From an uncultured Alphaproteobacteria bacterium (GTDB lineage: Bacteria > Pseudomonadota > Alphaproteobacteria > Rhizobiales > Aestuariivirgaceae), in NCBI GenBank assembly GCA_963744915.1, contig CAVUUY010000011.1, positions 46,197 through 110,196 on the forward strand: DNA of 64,000 nucleotides, read 5' to 3'. The position numbers and the translations under genes are program-made. The notes below the pieces were generated by a model that saw only the letters and a program-made list of their open reading frames with translations, searched no databases and was not told where the DNA came from. Below, piece by piece: positions 50,866-62,699 of this stretch. How positions within the stretch are numbered: position 1 is the stretch's first letter; the number at the start of each line of letters is the position of its first letter.

Positions 50866-51566
50866 GCTTCCGGGCAACCGTGCTCACCCTCTATCCGGAA
50901 ATGTTTCCGGGGCCGCTCGGGCATTCGCTTGCCGGCAAGGCGCTCGAGCGCGGCCTGTGGTCGCTCGAAGTCTCGGACATCCGGGCGGCGGCGCAGGACC
51001 GGCACCGGACGGTCGACGACAGCCCGGCGGGGGGCGGACCCGGCATGGTGATGCGGGCCGACGTGCTGGCACGCGCCATCGACGGTGCGACCGATGCCGG
51101 GGAACGGCGGCGTCGCCTGCTGATGAGCCCGCGCGGCCGCAAGCTCGACCAGGCGCTGGTGCGGCAGCTGGCGGCGGAACCGGGAGTGCTGATCGTGTGC
51201 GGGCATTTCGAGGGCGTCGACGAGCGGATCGTTGCCGCCCGGCAGCTCGAGGAGGTGTCGGTCGGCGACTATGTGCTGTCGGGCGGCGAGGCGGCGGCGC
51301 TGATCGTGCTCGATGCGGCGGTCAGGCTGTTGCCCGGCGTCATCGGGACGGCGCGCTCGAGCGAGGATGAAAGCTTCGAGCAGGGGCTGCTCGAGCATCC
51401 CCACTACACGCGGCCGCGCCTGTTCGAAGGCGTGGCGATCCCTGAGGTGCTGCTGTCGGGCGATCACCAGGCGATCGCCCGCTGGAAGCGGGTCGAGTCG
51501 GAGATGGCGACGCGCCACCGCCGGCCTGATTTGTGGAGCTTGCGGCGGCCGAAGGACGGTGGCTGA
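50862..51566 (+). CDS. trmD: tRNA (guanine37-N1)-methyltransferase
   Basis: The ATG overlaps the rimM TGA. It has [36 protein letters not shown] and [11 protein letters not shown]. Confidence 0.95.
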   Translation: MSFRATVLTLYPEMFPGPLGHSLAGKALERGLWSLEVSDIRAAAQDRHRTVDDSPAGGGPGMVMRADVLARAIDGATDAGERRRRLLMSPRGRKLDQALVRQLAAEPGVLIVCGHFEGVDERIVAARQLEEVSVGDYVLSGGEAAALIVLDAAVRLLPGVIGTARSSEDESFEQGLLEHPHYTRPRLFEGVAIPEVLLSGDHQAIARWKRVESEMATRHRRPDLWSLRRPKDGG

Positions 51567-51646
51567 TTCATGGCCCGTTGCGGGCGTGGTTGATTTTTAA
51601 CCGGATCGCCGGTACACAGCCGGCAACTCTTTCAAAGGTAGCCAAG

Positions 51647-52075
51647 ATGAACATCATCCAGGAGCTCGAGCGCGAGCAGGCGGAAAAGATTGCTGCCAAG
51701 CGGCAAGTTCCGGATTTTTCCCCCGGCGACACCGTGGTGGTCGCGGTCAGGGTCAAGGAAGGCGAGCGCTCCCGCATCCAGAATTACGAGGGCGTGGTGA
51801 TTGCCCGCTCGGGTTCGGGCCTCAACGAGAATTTCACCGTTCGCAAGATCTCCTATGGCGAGGGGGTCGAGCGGGTGTTTCCCGTTTATTCACCGCTGGT
51901 TGACGGCATCAAGGTGGTGCGGCGCGGCAAGGTGCGGCGGGCCAAGCTCTATTATCTGCGCGGCCGCACCGGCAAGTCGGCCCGCATTGCCGAGCGGATG
52001 CGCGGAGTGGGCGTCGAAAGCGCCCCGGCGGCCCCGGCTACCCCCGCTGCCCCGGCCGCTGAGCAGGCGGAATAG
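51647..52075 (+). CDS. rplS: 50S ribosomal protein L19
   Basis: ATG at 51647 gives [11 protein letters not shown]...FSPGDTVVV...[12 protein letters not shown], with an Ala/Pro-rich C-terminal tail. Confidence 0.93.
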   Translation: MNIIQELEREQAEKIAAKRQVPDFSPGDTVVVAVRVKEGERSRIQNYEGVVIARSGSGLNENFTVRKISYGEGVERVFPVYSPLVDGIKVVRRGKVRRAKLYYLRGRTGKSARIAERMRGVGVESAPAAPATPAAPAAEQAE

Positions 52076-52100
52076 CCGCCAGGCAGCTGCCGGTTGGCGG
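52076..52100. terminator. possible bidirectional stem-loop between convergent rplS and tal
   Basis: ccgcca/tggcgg form an outer stem around a ggcagctgcc palindrome. The structure fills the whole 25-nt gap. There is no U-tract, so this is weak. Confidence 0.3.
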
Positions 52101-52751
52101 TCAGATGGTCTGGCCGGTTTTCTTCCAGTCGGCGGTGAAGGTCTCGATCCCCTTGTCGGTCAGGGGGTGCTTCACCAGCGCCCTCAGCACCGAAGGCGGG
52201 ACTGTCGCCACGTCGGCACCGGCCAGGGCGGCATATTTGACATGGTTGACGCTGCGGATCGAGGCGGCGAGGATTTCCGTCTCGAAATCGTAATTGTCGT
52301 AAATCTGACGGATCTCCTCGATCACTTCCATGCCGTCGAGACCGGCATCATCGAGTCGGCCGATGAAGGGCGAGATGAAGGCGGCTCCGGCCTTGGCGGC
52401 AAGCAGCGCCTGATTGGCATTGAAGCACAGCGTCACATTCACCTTGGTGCCGGCCTGCGACAGGGTGCGGCAGGCCTTGAGGCCGTCCCACGTCATCGGC
52501 ACCTTGACCGCGACATTGGGTGCAAGCTCGGCAAGGCGGCGCCCTTCGGCCAGCATGCCGTCGGCGTCAAGGGCCGCCACCTCGGCGCTGACCGGCCCAT
52601 CGACAACGGCGCAGATCTCGCGAATGACGTCCTTGAAATCACGCCCGGACTTGGCAACGAGGCTCGGATTGGTTGTGACGCCGTCGAGGAGCCCCATGGC
52701 GGACAGCTCCCGGATTTCCCCAATCTCTGCGGTATCGGCGAAAAATTTCAT
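52101..52751 (-). CDS. tal: short-type transaldolase / fructose-6-phosphate aldolase family
   Basis: 216 aa with [24 protein letters not shown] and [11 protein letters not shown] (Schiff-base lysine). Confidence 0.9.
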   Translation of the reverse strand: MKFFADTAEIGEIRELSAMGLLDGVTTNPSLVAKSGRDFKDVIREICAVVDGPVSAEVAALDADGMLAEGRRLAELAPNVAVKVPMTWDGLKACRTLSQAGTKVNVTLCFNANQALLAAKAGAAFISPFIGRLDDAGLDGMEVIEEIRQIYDNYDFETEILAASIRSVNHVKYAALAGADVATVPPSVLRALVKHPLTDKGIETFTADWKKTGQTI

Positions 52752-52837
52752 GATGCCTCCAATATTGGGCTTGCCATAGCATAACGGCGCGACCAGTACA
52801 CCGGTAGCGACCTTGCGCCGCCAATTCGCACCCGATC

Positions 52838-55012
52838 ATGAGCAACCGCCCTACGACCGTCGATGTGCTGCTGCCCTATGCGCTCGCGGGTTGCTATTCC
52901 TATACGGTGCCGCTGCATCTTGAAGTCGCGGCCGGCGATTTTGTTCATGTGCCGCTCGGCACCCGCCATGCCGTCGGGGTGGTGTGGGGGGACCGCCCGC
53001 AGCCCGCACCCGACCTCAAGCTCCGGCCGATCGCCGCCCGCTTCGCGCTGCCGGCGCTGCCGGAGCTGACGCGGCGCTTCATCGAATGGATTGCCGCCTA
53101 TTATCTCGAGCCGGAAGGCAGCATCCTCCGCCTGTGCCTCAGGGTGCCGGGGGTGTTCGATGCCCGCCGCGAGACGATCGGCTATGTCGCCGGCGAGGCC
53201 GAGCCGGAGAAGCTGACGCCGCAGCGGGCGCGGGTGCTTCAGGTGGCGCGGGCGACGGGGGTGCCGCTCAGGGCAAACGAGCTCGCGGCGGAAGCGGCGG
53301 TCGGGGTCGGGGTGGTGCGCGGCCTGGCCCGGCAGGGGGCCCTTGCGGAGGTGGCGCTGTCGCCTTTCCTGCCCTTCGCCGCCCCCGATCCGCTGGGCCA
53401 CCGGGTCGCCCTCAATCCGGAGCAGACGGCGGCGGCCGAGCAGCTGCGCCGGGCGGTGGCGGCGCGCAGCTTCTCGGTCACGCTGGTCGACGGCGTCACC
53501 GGCTCGGGCAAGACCGAGGTCTATTTCGAGGCAATGGCGGCGGCGCTGGCCCAAGGCCGGCAGGTGCTGCTGCTGTTGCCGGAAATCGCCCTCACCCAGA
53601 GCTTTCTCGAACGGGTCGAGCGCCGGTTCAAGGCGGAGCCGGCGGAATGGCATTCGGGGGTCCGGCCGCGCGAGCGCGAGCGGGTGTGGCTCGGCGTCGC
53701 ATCGGGGGCGGCCAAGGTGGTGGTGGGGGCGCGCTCGGCCCTGTTCCTGCCGTGGCGCAATCTCGGTCTCATCGTGGTCGACGAGGAGCACGAGCCGGCC
53801 TTCAAGCAGGAGGACGGTGTCCGCTACCATGCCCGCGACATGGCGGTGGTGCTGGGCTCGCTCGGCCGCTTCCCGGTGGTGCTCGCCTCGGCCACGCCGT
53901 CGCTCGAATCGCTGGTCAATGCCGGGCGGCAGCGCTACCAGCATCTGATTCTCAGGCACCGCCACGGAGCCCGCAAGGAGATCCCGAGCGTCGAGCTGAT
54001 CGATCTGAGGTCGGCCGGGCCGGAGTCCGGCCGCTGGCTGTCGCCGGCTTTGGTCGGCGCCATCGGAGAGGCGATCGCAGCCGGCGACCAGGTCCTGCTT
54101 TTCCTCAACCGGCGAGGCTATGCGCCGCTGACGCTGTGCCGCGCCTGCGGCCATCGGATCGAATGCCCGAACTGCTCGGCGTGGCTGGTCGAGCACCGCT
54201 TCAAGCGGCAGCTGCTCTGCCATCATTGCGGCCACCAGCAGCCGACGGCGACGCGCTGCCCGGCCTGCGCCGCGGAGGGCGCGCTGGTGCCCTGCGGTCC
54301 GGGGATCGAGCGGCTGGCCGAGGAAGCCTTGGCGCTGTTCCCGGCGGCGGCAATGACGCTTCTCTCCTCCGATCTCAACCGCGGCAGCCTGCTCAAGGAT
54401 GCCCTGAGCGACGCCGCAAAGGGCCGCTACAATCTGCTGATCGGCACCCAGCTCGTCGCCAAGGGCCATCATTTTCCCGGCCTGACATTGGTCGGGGTCG
54501 TCGATGGCGATCTCGCGCTCGAGACCATCGATCCACGGGCCGGCGAGCGCACCTGGCAGATCCTGGCGCAGGTGGCCGGGCGGGCCGGGCGGGGCGAGCG
54601 GCCGGGGCGGGCGCTGGTGCAGACCCATCTTCCCGGCCATCCGCTGATGCAGGCGCTGGCGGCCGGTGATCGCGACCGGTTTCTCAGCCACGAGCGGCGG
54701 GTCCGCGAGGCAGCGCTGCTGCCGCCCTTCGGCCGGCTCGCCGGGATCATCGGATCGGCCCGCGATGCCGGCGAGGTCGAGCGCTTCATGCGGGCGCTGG
54801 CGCGGCGGGTGCCGGTCGGCCGGGAGGTGACGGTGCTCGGACCGGCGCCGGCGCCGATGGCGCTGGTCCAGGGCCGGCATCGCTGGCGTTTCCTGGTGCG
54901 GGCCGGCCGCGAGGTCAATCTGCAGAGCTTCCTTACCGACTGGCTCGGCGGCGTCGCCCCCAAGGGCTCGCTCAAGCTCGAGGTGGATGTCGATCCGTAC
55001 AGCTTTCTCTAG
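52838..55012 (+). CDS. priA: primosomal protein N' (replication restart helicase PriA)
   Basis: 724 aa with [11 protein letters not shown] (Walker A), VVDEEHE and a Cys-rich zinc-binding insert ([21 protein letters not shown]...CHHCGHQQP...CPACA). Confidence 0.93.
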   Translation: MSNRPTTVDVLLPYALAGCYSYTVPLHLEVAAGDFVHVPLGTRHAVGVVWGDRPQPAPDLKLRPIAARFALPALPELTRRFIEWIAAYYLEPEGSILRLCLRVPGVFDARRETIGYVAGEAEPEKLTPQRARVLQVARATGVPLRANELAAEAAVGVGVVRGLARQGALAEVALSPFLPFAAPDPLGHRVALNPEQTAAAEQLRRAVAARSFSVTLVDGVTGSGKTEVYFEAMAAALAQGRQVLLLLPEIALTQSFLERVERRFKAEPAEWHSGVRPRERERVWLGVASGAAKVVVGARSALFLPWRNLGLIVVDEEHEPAFKQEDGVRYHARDMAVVLGSLGRFPVVLASATPSLESLVNAGRQRYQHLILRHRHGARKEIPSVELIDLRSAGPESGRWLSPALVGAIGEAIAAGDQVLLFLNRRGYAPLTLCRACGHRIECPNCSAWLVEHRFKRQLLCHHCGHQQPTATRCPACAAEGALVPCGPGIERLAEEALALFPAAAMTLLSSDLNRGSLLKDALSDAAKGRYNLLIGTQLVAKGHHFPGLTLVGVVDGDLALETIDPRAGERTWQILAQVAGRAGRGERPGRALVQTHLPGHPLMQALAAGDRDRFLSHERRVREAALLPPFGRLAGIIGSARDAGEVERFMRALARRVPVGREVTVLGPAPAPMALVQGRHRWRFLVRAGREVNLQSFLTDWLGGVAPKGSLKLEVDVDPYSFL

Positions 55013-55031
55013 GGCGGCAGGCCACGCACCG

Positions 55032-55063
55032 CCTGTTGCCCATTGCCCTGTTGCCCATTGCCT
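55032..55063. repeat. degenerate heptamer array (CCYRTTG)4
   Basis: cctgttg cccattg ccctgttg cccattg cct starts 20 nt after the priA stop and about 160 nt upstream of atpH. Confidence 0.8.
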
Positions 55064-55221
55064 CGCCTTCAGCGTGTTGCCTTTCCGCGCCAGCCTGTGA
55101 TAGGAGGTCAGCCGCGAAGCCGTCTTGCCCCCGGGCGAGGCGCGCTACCCCGTGTAATTCCACGAACAAGCAAGAAATTGGGAAACATCCCGGGGCGGTG
55201 CACAAGGGAGAGGGGCCAATC

Positions 55222-55783
55222 GTGACGGCCAAGGAACAGTCCATATCGGGCATGCCCGGCCGCTATGCGACGGCGCTGTTCGAGCTGGCGCAGCAGGAAG
55301 AGGCGATCGAGGATGTCGGCGAGGCTCTCAACCGCTTCGCGACCCTGGTGAACCAGTCGCCCGACCTGATGCGGCTGGTGCGCAATCCGGTGTTTTCCGC
55401 CGCCGACCAGATCAGGGCGCTCAACGCCGTTCTGGAGCGGGCAGCCATTGCCGGGCTGGCGGCCAAGCTCATCCTGCTGGCGGCGCAGAACCGCCGGCTC
55501 TATGCCATTCTCGACATGATCGGCGCCTATGAGGCGCTGCGGGCCGAGGCGAGGGGCGAGACCACCGCCCAAGTGATCTCGGCGGAGCCCTTGTCGGAGG
55601 CCCAGGCGCAGGCCTTGAAGGACGAGCTCAAGCGGCTGCTCGGACGCTCGATCAGCCTCACCGCTGCGGTCGATCCGGCGATCCTCGGCGGCCTTGTCGT
55701 CAAGGCCGGGTCGCGGATGGTCGAACTCGTCGCTCAGAACCAAGCTGAACAATCTCAAGACGGCCATGAAAGGGACCGCCTGA
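55222..55783 (+). pseudogene. atpH: F0F1 ATP synthase delta subunit, interrupted by a 1-nt insertion at 55724-55725 (probably an assembly artefact)
   Basis: GTG at 55222 follows [21 protein letters not shown] and [18 protein letters not shown] match AtpH. The conserved end [18 protein letters not shown] is in the +1 frame, and its TGA overlaps the atpA ATG (TGATG). As read, the ORF fuses in frame to atpA (759-aa ORF 55036-57315). Confidence 0.8.
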
Positions 55784-57315
55784 TGGATATCCGCGCCGCT
55801 GAAATTTCGGCCATTCTCAAGGCCCAGATCCAAGGCTTCGGTCAGGAGGCGGAAGTCTCCGAGATCGGGCAGGTGCTGTCGGTCGGTGACGGCATCGCCC
55901 GCGTCTACGGTCTCGACAATGTCCAGGCTGGCGAGATGGTCGAGTTCCCCGGCGGCATCCGCGGCATGGCGCTCAATCTCGAAGTCGACAATGTCGGCGT
56001 GGTGATCTTCGGCTCCGACCGCGACATCAAGGAGGGCGACACCGTCAAGCGCACCGGCGCCATCGTCGAGGTGCCGGTCGGCAAGGAGCTGCTCGGCCGG
56101 GTGGTGGACGCGCTCGGCAACCCGATCGACGGCAAGGGACCGATCGCGGCCAAGGAGCGGCGGCGGGTCGACGTCAAGGCGCCGGGCATCATCCCGCGCA
56201 AATCGGTGCACGAGCCGATGGCGACCGGCCTCAAGGCGATCGATGCGCTGATCCCGATCGGCCGCGGCCAGCGCGAGCTCATCATCGGCGACCGGCAGAC
56301 CGGCAAGACGGCGATCATTCTCGACACCATCCTCAACCAGCGCTCGATCCACCAGAACGGCCCGGAAGGCGAGCGGCTCTATTGCGTCTATGTCGCCTGC
56401 GGCCAGAAGCGCTCGACGGTTGCCCAGTTCGTGCGCACGCTCGAGGAGGCCGGCGCCCTCGACTATTCGATCATCGTGGCGGCGACCGCCTCGGACCCGG
56501 CCCCGATGCAATATCTGGCGCCGTTCGCCGGCTGCACCATGGGCGAGTATTTCCGCGACAACAAGATGCATGCGCTGATCGCCTATGACGATCTCTCGAA
56601 GCAGGCGGTGGCCTATCGCCAGATGTCGCTGCTGCTGCGGCGTCCGCCCGGGCGCGAAGCCTATCCGGGGGATGTGTTCTACCTGCATTCGCGCCTCCTC
56701 GAGCGCGCCGCCAAGCTCAATGACGAGAATGGCAACGGCTCGCTCACGGCGCTGCCGGTGATCGAGACCCAGGCCAATGACGTGTCGGCCTATATCCCGA
56801 CCAATGTCATCTCGATCACCGACGGCCAGATCTTTCTCGAGACCGGTTTGTTCTACCAGGGCATCCGGCCGGCGGTGAATGTCGGCCTGTCGGTGTCGCG
56901 CGTCGGCTCGGCGGCCCAGATCAAGGCGATGAAGCAGGTGGCCGGCAGGATCAAGGGCGAGCTCGCGCAATATCGCGAGATGGCAGCCTTTGCCCAGTTC
57001 GGCTCCGATCTCGACCAGTCCACCCAGCGGCTGCTCAACCGCGGCGCCCGGCTCACCGAGCTTCTGAAGCAGCCGCAATTCTCCCCGCTCAAGGCCGAGG
57101 AGCAGGTGGTGGTGATCTATGCCGGGGTCAACGGCTACCTCGACCCGATTCCGGTCTCCGCCGTGCGCAAGTTCGAGGACGGCCTGCTGCGCACCATGCG
57201 CGACGACGCCCCCGACATTCTCGATGCGATCCGTAACGAGAAGCAGATCTCGGACGACACCGGGGCGCGGCTCAAGGCAGCGGTCGAGGCCTACGCCAAG
57301 CGCTTCACGCCCTGA
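55783..57315 (+). CDS. atpA: F0F1 ATP synthase alpha subunit
   Basis: [16 protein letters not shown]..., GDRQTGKTA (P-loop), 510 aa. Confidence 0.95.
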   Translation: MDIRAAEISAILKAQIQGFGQEAEVSEIGQVLSVGDGIARVYGLDNVQAGEMVEFPGGIRGMALNLEVDNVGVVIFGSDRDIKEGDTVKRTGAIVEVPVGKELLGRVVDALGNPIDGKGPIAAKERRRVDVKAPGIIPRKSVHEPMATGLKAIDALIPIGRGQRELIIGDRQTGKTAIILDTILNQRSIHQNGPEGERLYCVYVACGQKRSTVAQFVRTLEEAGALDYSIIVAATASDPAPMQYLAPFAGCTMGEYFRDNKMHALIAYDDLSKQAVAYRQMSLLLRRPPGREAYPGDVFYLHSRLLERAAKLNDENGNGSLTALPVIETQANDVSAYIPTNVISITDGQIFLETGLFYQGIRPAVNVGLSVSRVGSAAQIKAMKQVAGRIKGELAQYREMAAFAQFGSDLDQSTQRLLNRGARLTELLKQPQFSPLKAEEQVVVIYAGVNGYLDPIPVSAVRKFEDGLLRTMRDDAPDILDAIRNEKQISDDTGARLKAAVEAYAKRFTP

Positions 57316-57324
57316 GGAAACGCG

Positions 57325-59765
<2,441 letters not shown>

Positions 59766-59775
59766 GCGTCGGGCG

Positions 59776-60177
59776 ATGGCTGAGCTCAAGTTCGAACTGG
59801 TGGCGCCGGAGCGGCTGCTGTTTTCCGGCGCCGTGGCGCAGGTGGTCCTGCCGGGCCTCGAGGGCGAGTTCACGGTGCTGCCGCTGCATGCGCCGGTGCT
59901 GTCGACGCTGAAGCCGGGGGTCCTGACGGTGACCGGGCTGAACGGCGAGAGCGAGCAGATCTTCGTGCGCGGCGGCTTTGCCGAGGTCAATCCGGCTGGC
60001 CTCACGGTGCTGGCGGAGGAGGCAATTCCTCTGGCCGATCTGTCGGCGTACAGGCTCGAAGAGCAGCTGCGCAATGCCGAGGAGGATCTGGCCGACGCAA
60101 AGGACGACGAGGCGCGGCTCAAGGCCCAGGAAGCGTTGGACCATCTGCGGCAGCTCCGGGGGTATCTGGGCCGGTAG
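59776..60177 (+). CDS. atpC: F0F1 ATP synthase epsilon subunit
   Basis: ATG at 59776 gives MAELKFELVAPERLLFSG..., 133 aa, the last gene of atpHAGDC. Confidence 0.9.
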   Translation: MAELKFELVAPERLLFSGAVAQVVLPGLEGEFTVLPLHAPVLSTLKPGVLTVTGLNGESEQIFVRGGFAEVNPAGLTVLAEEAIPLADLSAYRLEEQLRNAEEDLADAKDDEARLKAQEALDHLRQLRGYLGR

Positions 60178-60180
60178 CGC

Positions 60181-60208
60181 CCACCCACCACTCACCACTC
60201 ACCACTTT
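60181..60208. repeat. heptamer array (CCACTCA-type, 4 units)
   Basis: ccaccca ccactca ccactca ccacttt starts 4 nt after the atpC stop and overlaps the stop and last codons of pxpC on the minus strand. Confidence 0.7.
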
Positions 60209-61143
60209 CCTATGGCTTCCAGATAGGCGCGGTTCTGGCGGGCGCGGATGCGTGCGGCGGCGATGGCCTGCTCCGGAGTGACGTTCCGGAAGGATAGCGC
60301 CTCGCGCGGGCGGAGCTGGGCAAGGCCGTCCTGGTCGGCGGAGATGACGGTGGCGATCTTGGGGTAGCCGCCGGTCGTCTGGTGATCGGCAAGCAGCACG
60401 ATCGGATCGCCGTGGCCCGGTACCTGGACCGAACCTCTGACGATTGCTTCCGACAGCATGTCGAGGCTTCCCGAGATCGCGAGCTTGGGGCCGCCGAGCC
60501 GCATTCCCATGCGATTATAGGCATCGGTGACGGTGTAGACGCCGGACAGGAAACTCTGCTGGGCGTCGCTGGTGAAGAAGCGGTCCTGCGGTCCGAGTAC
60601 GACGCGGACGTCCTGGCGCGGCCGGGCGCCAACCGGCAGCGGCAGATTGCGCGGGCGGCCTGGTCCGGGGCGGGAGTCGTCGATCACAAGCGTGTCGCCG
60701 GTCGCGATGCTGCGCCCGCCAAAGCCGCTCTGCGGATGGGTCGCGGTGCTGCCGAGCCAGCGCTTGGCGGGGATGGTGCCGGCGAGCGCCAAATAGCTCC
60801 AGCTGCCCCAGCGGCCGGGCCGGATGGCGAGGCGGGCATGGCGGTTGAGCGTAAGGGCGCTCCAGGATTCGACCTGGACGCCATCCAAGGTGACGATGGG
60901 CGCGCCGCCGGCAATGGCAACCGCAATGGTACCTTCCTCGACGATGAGGGTGAGGCCGCCGAGAGCGGTCTCGATGGCGGAGGCATCTTGCCGGTTGCCG
61001 ACGGCGACATTGGCGGCGGCATGGGCCAGGCGGTCCATCGGGCCGGCGGCGGTGACGCCGAAGCGGGCGTAGCCGGGGCGGCCGGCATCCTGGACAGTGG
61101 TCAGCGGCCCGGCATGCTCGATCTTCACGACGGCGCGGCTCAT
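60199..61143 (-). CDS. pxpC: 5-oxoprolinase subunit C (KipA / allophanate hydrolase subunit 2 family)
   Basis: 314 aa with GPLTTVQDAGRPGY and TTGGYPKIATVI. Confidence 0.85.
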   Translation of the reverse strand: MSRAVVKIEHAGPLTTVQDAGRPGYARFGVTAAGPMDRLAHAAANVAVGNRQDASAIETALGGLTLIVEEGTIAVAIAGGAPIVTLDGVQVESWSALTLNRHARLAIRPGRWGSWSYLALAGTIPAKRWLGSTATHPQSGFGGRSIATGDTLVIDDSRPGPGRPRNLPLPVGARPRQDVRVVLGPQDRFFTSDAQQSFLSGVYTVTDAYNRMGMRLGGPKLAISGSLDMLSEAIVRGSVQVPGHGDPIVLLADHQTTGGYPKIATVISADQDGLAQLRPREALSFRNVTPEQAIAAARIRARQNRAYLEAIGKW

Positions 61144-61155
61144 GCGGTGGAATCC

Positions 61156-61815
61156 TCAGTCGGCGGCACGGGTGAAGCGGACATAGTCGCCGAGCTCGAA
61201 CAGGAAGGGCCGGGGTGCGTCCGGGTCGATGACGCGGCAGAAGGTGCGGCCGACCACCCACCAGCCGGTCGGCATGTCGATGGTGGTGATGATGCATTGA
61301 CCGCCGGCAATCATGACGCTGCCGGGCGGCCGGCTGCGCACCGGCGTGTCGCGGCGCGGCAACCTGATCCGCTCGGGCGTTCCCCCCATATAGGCGTAGC
61401 CCGGCGCGAAGCCGTAAATATAGACCCGGTAGGTCGCCTCGAGATGGGCGGCGATCACCTCCTCCTTGTCGAGCCCGGCCTTCTCCGCCACCGCATCGAG
61501 GTCCGGCGAATTATCGCCGCCATAATGGACGGCAATGGTGTGAAGCTTGGGATCGGGCGGCGGCGGCGGCGGCCGGTCCATCAGCTTGAGCAGGGCGTGG
61601 CGCATTTCGACGCCGTCGGTGACGAGCGGGTCGTAGCCGACGAACAGCGAGGTGAAGGCCGGGATTGCCTCGGTGAAGCCGTGGCAGGGCTCCTCGGCCA
61701 GGGCGCGGTCGAGGGCGCGCACCCGCGAATAGGTCGGCTCGTCCAGGCGGTCCCCGAATTCGATGAGGAGTCCGGCGTCGCCAAGATCGCGGATGACCGG
61801 CGGCTGATCGCTCAT
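61156..61815 (-). CDS. pxpB: 5-oxoprolinase subunit B (KipI / allophanate hydrolase subunit 1 family)
   Basis: 219 aa with GDAGLLIEFG, IPAFTSLFV and GFAPGYAYMG. Confidence 0.85.
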   Translation of the reverse strand: MSDQPPVIRDLGDAGLLIEFGDRLDEPTYSRVRALDRALAEEPCHGFTEAIPAFTSLFVGYDPLVTDGVEMRHALLKLMDRPPPPPPDPKLHTIAVHYGGDNSPDLDAVAEKAGLDKEEVIAAHLEATYRVYIYGFAPGYAYMGGTPERIRLPRRDTPVRSRPPGSVMIAGGQCIITTIDMPTGWWVVGRTFCRVIDPDAPRPFLFELGDYVRFTRAAD

Positions 61816-62582
61816 CGAGCGAAGGGACGGATGGCGATCGCGTTGGCCGCAAGCGCGTCCCGCAGGGCGCGGGCGAGGCGGACGGAGCCGGGATTGTCGC
61901 CATGGATGCAGATCGACTGGACGGTGAGCCGGACGGGCGGGCCATCGCGGGTCGGCATCTCGCCCGACCTCAGGAAGCCGAGCAGGCGCGAAACGGCGGC
62001 AGCTTCGTCATGGATCAAATCGCCCGGGGTGCCGCGCGGCACCAGGCGCCCATCGGTGGTATAGCCGCGGTCGGCAAACACCTCGCTATAGACCGGCAGG
62101 CCCCGGCGGCGCGCCGCCGTCTCGAGTTCGGTTCTCGAAAGGGCGAGGATCGGCAGGCCAGGATCGATGGCCGCGACGGCGGCGACGATGGCGTCGGCGA
62201 CAGCGGCATCGTCGCAGGCGCGATTGTTGAGAGCGCCATGCGGCTTGACATAGCTGACAGCGGTGCCGGCGAGCTTCGCCATGGCGATCAGGGCGCCGGT
62301 CTGGGCGGCCGTGAAGCGGGTGATCTCGCCCGGCGTGTAGGGCAGGTCGCGGCGGCCGAAATGCTGCCGGTCGGGGTAGCCCGGATGGGCCCCCACGACG
62401 ACGCCGCGGTCGCGGGCAAGGCACAGGGTGCGGTACATGGTGTCAGGATCGCTGGCATGTCCGCCGCAGGCGATGTTGGCGCTGCTGACAAGCGCCAGCA
62501 TGGCGGCATCGTCGCCGATGGCATAGGGGCCGTAACCCTCGCCGAGGTCGGAATTCAGATCGACACTGGTGATCGCCGCCAT
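61812..62582 (-). CDS. pxpA: 5-oxoprolinase subunit A (LamB/YcsF family)
   Basis: 256 aa with VDLNSDLGEGYG, ANIACGGHASDP and KPHGALNN. Its stop overlaps the pxpB start. Confidence 0.9.
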   Translation of the reverse strand: MAAITSVDLNSDLGEGYGPYAIGDDAAMLALVSSANIACGGHASDPDTMYRTLCLARDRGVVVGAHPGYPDRQHFGRRDLPYTPGEITRFTAAQTGALIAMAKLAGTAVSYVKPHGALNNRACDDAAVADAIVAAVAAIDPGLPILALSRTELETAARRRGLPVYSEVFADRGYTTDGRLVPRGTPGDLIHDEAAAVSRLLGFLRSGEMPTRDGPPVRLTVQSICIHGDNPGSVRLARALRDALAANAIAIRPFAR

Positions 62583-62699
62583 ACGCGAAATCCGTTAACG
62601 ACTGCCGGTAGGGAAGCTATCCACAAGCGGGGGACGGGACAAGGTCCACAACCATGCTAATATCGCTGGTGGGCGGTTAACGAGGGAAGAGGGCGCCTC

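Noticed and set aside
36617-55730. Programmed +1/-1 ribosomal frameshifting or transcriptional slippage at CGAACTCG.
   Set aside because: There is no slippery heptamer, no homopolymer run longer than 2, and no downstream pseudoknot or SD-like stimulator. The three genes are unrelated and are not known to use recoding. The same 8-mer is read in frame in leuC, purH, atpG and the TPM gene.
55036-57315. A single 759-aa ORF suggesting a giant fused ATP synthase subunit.
   Set aside because: It is atpH plus atpA joined by a 1-nt insertion. The canonical AtpH C-terminus and stop are present in the +1 frame. The first 62 codons are heptamer-repeat and intergenic sequence.
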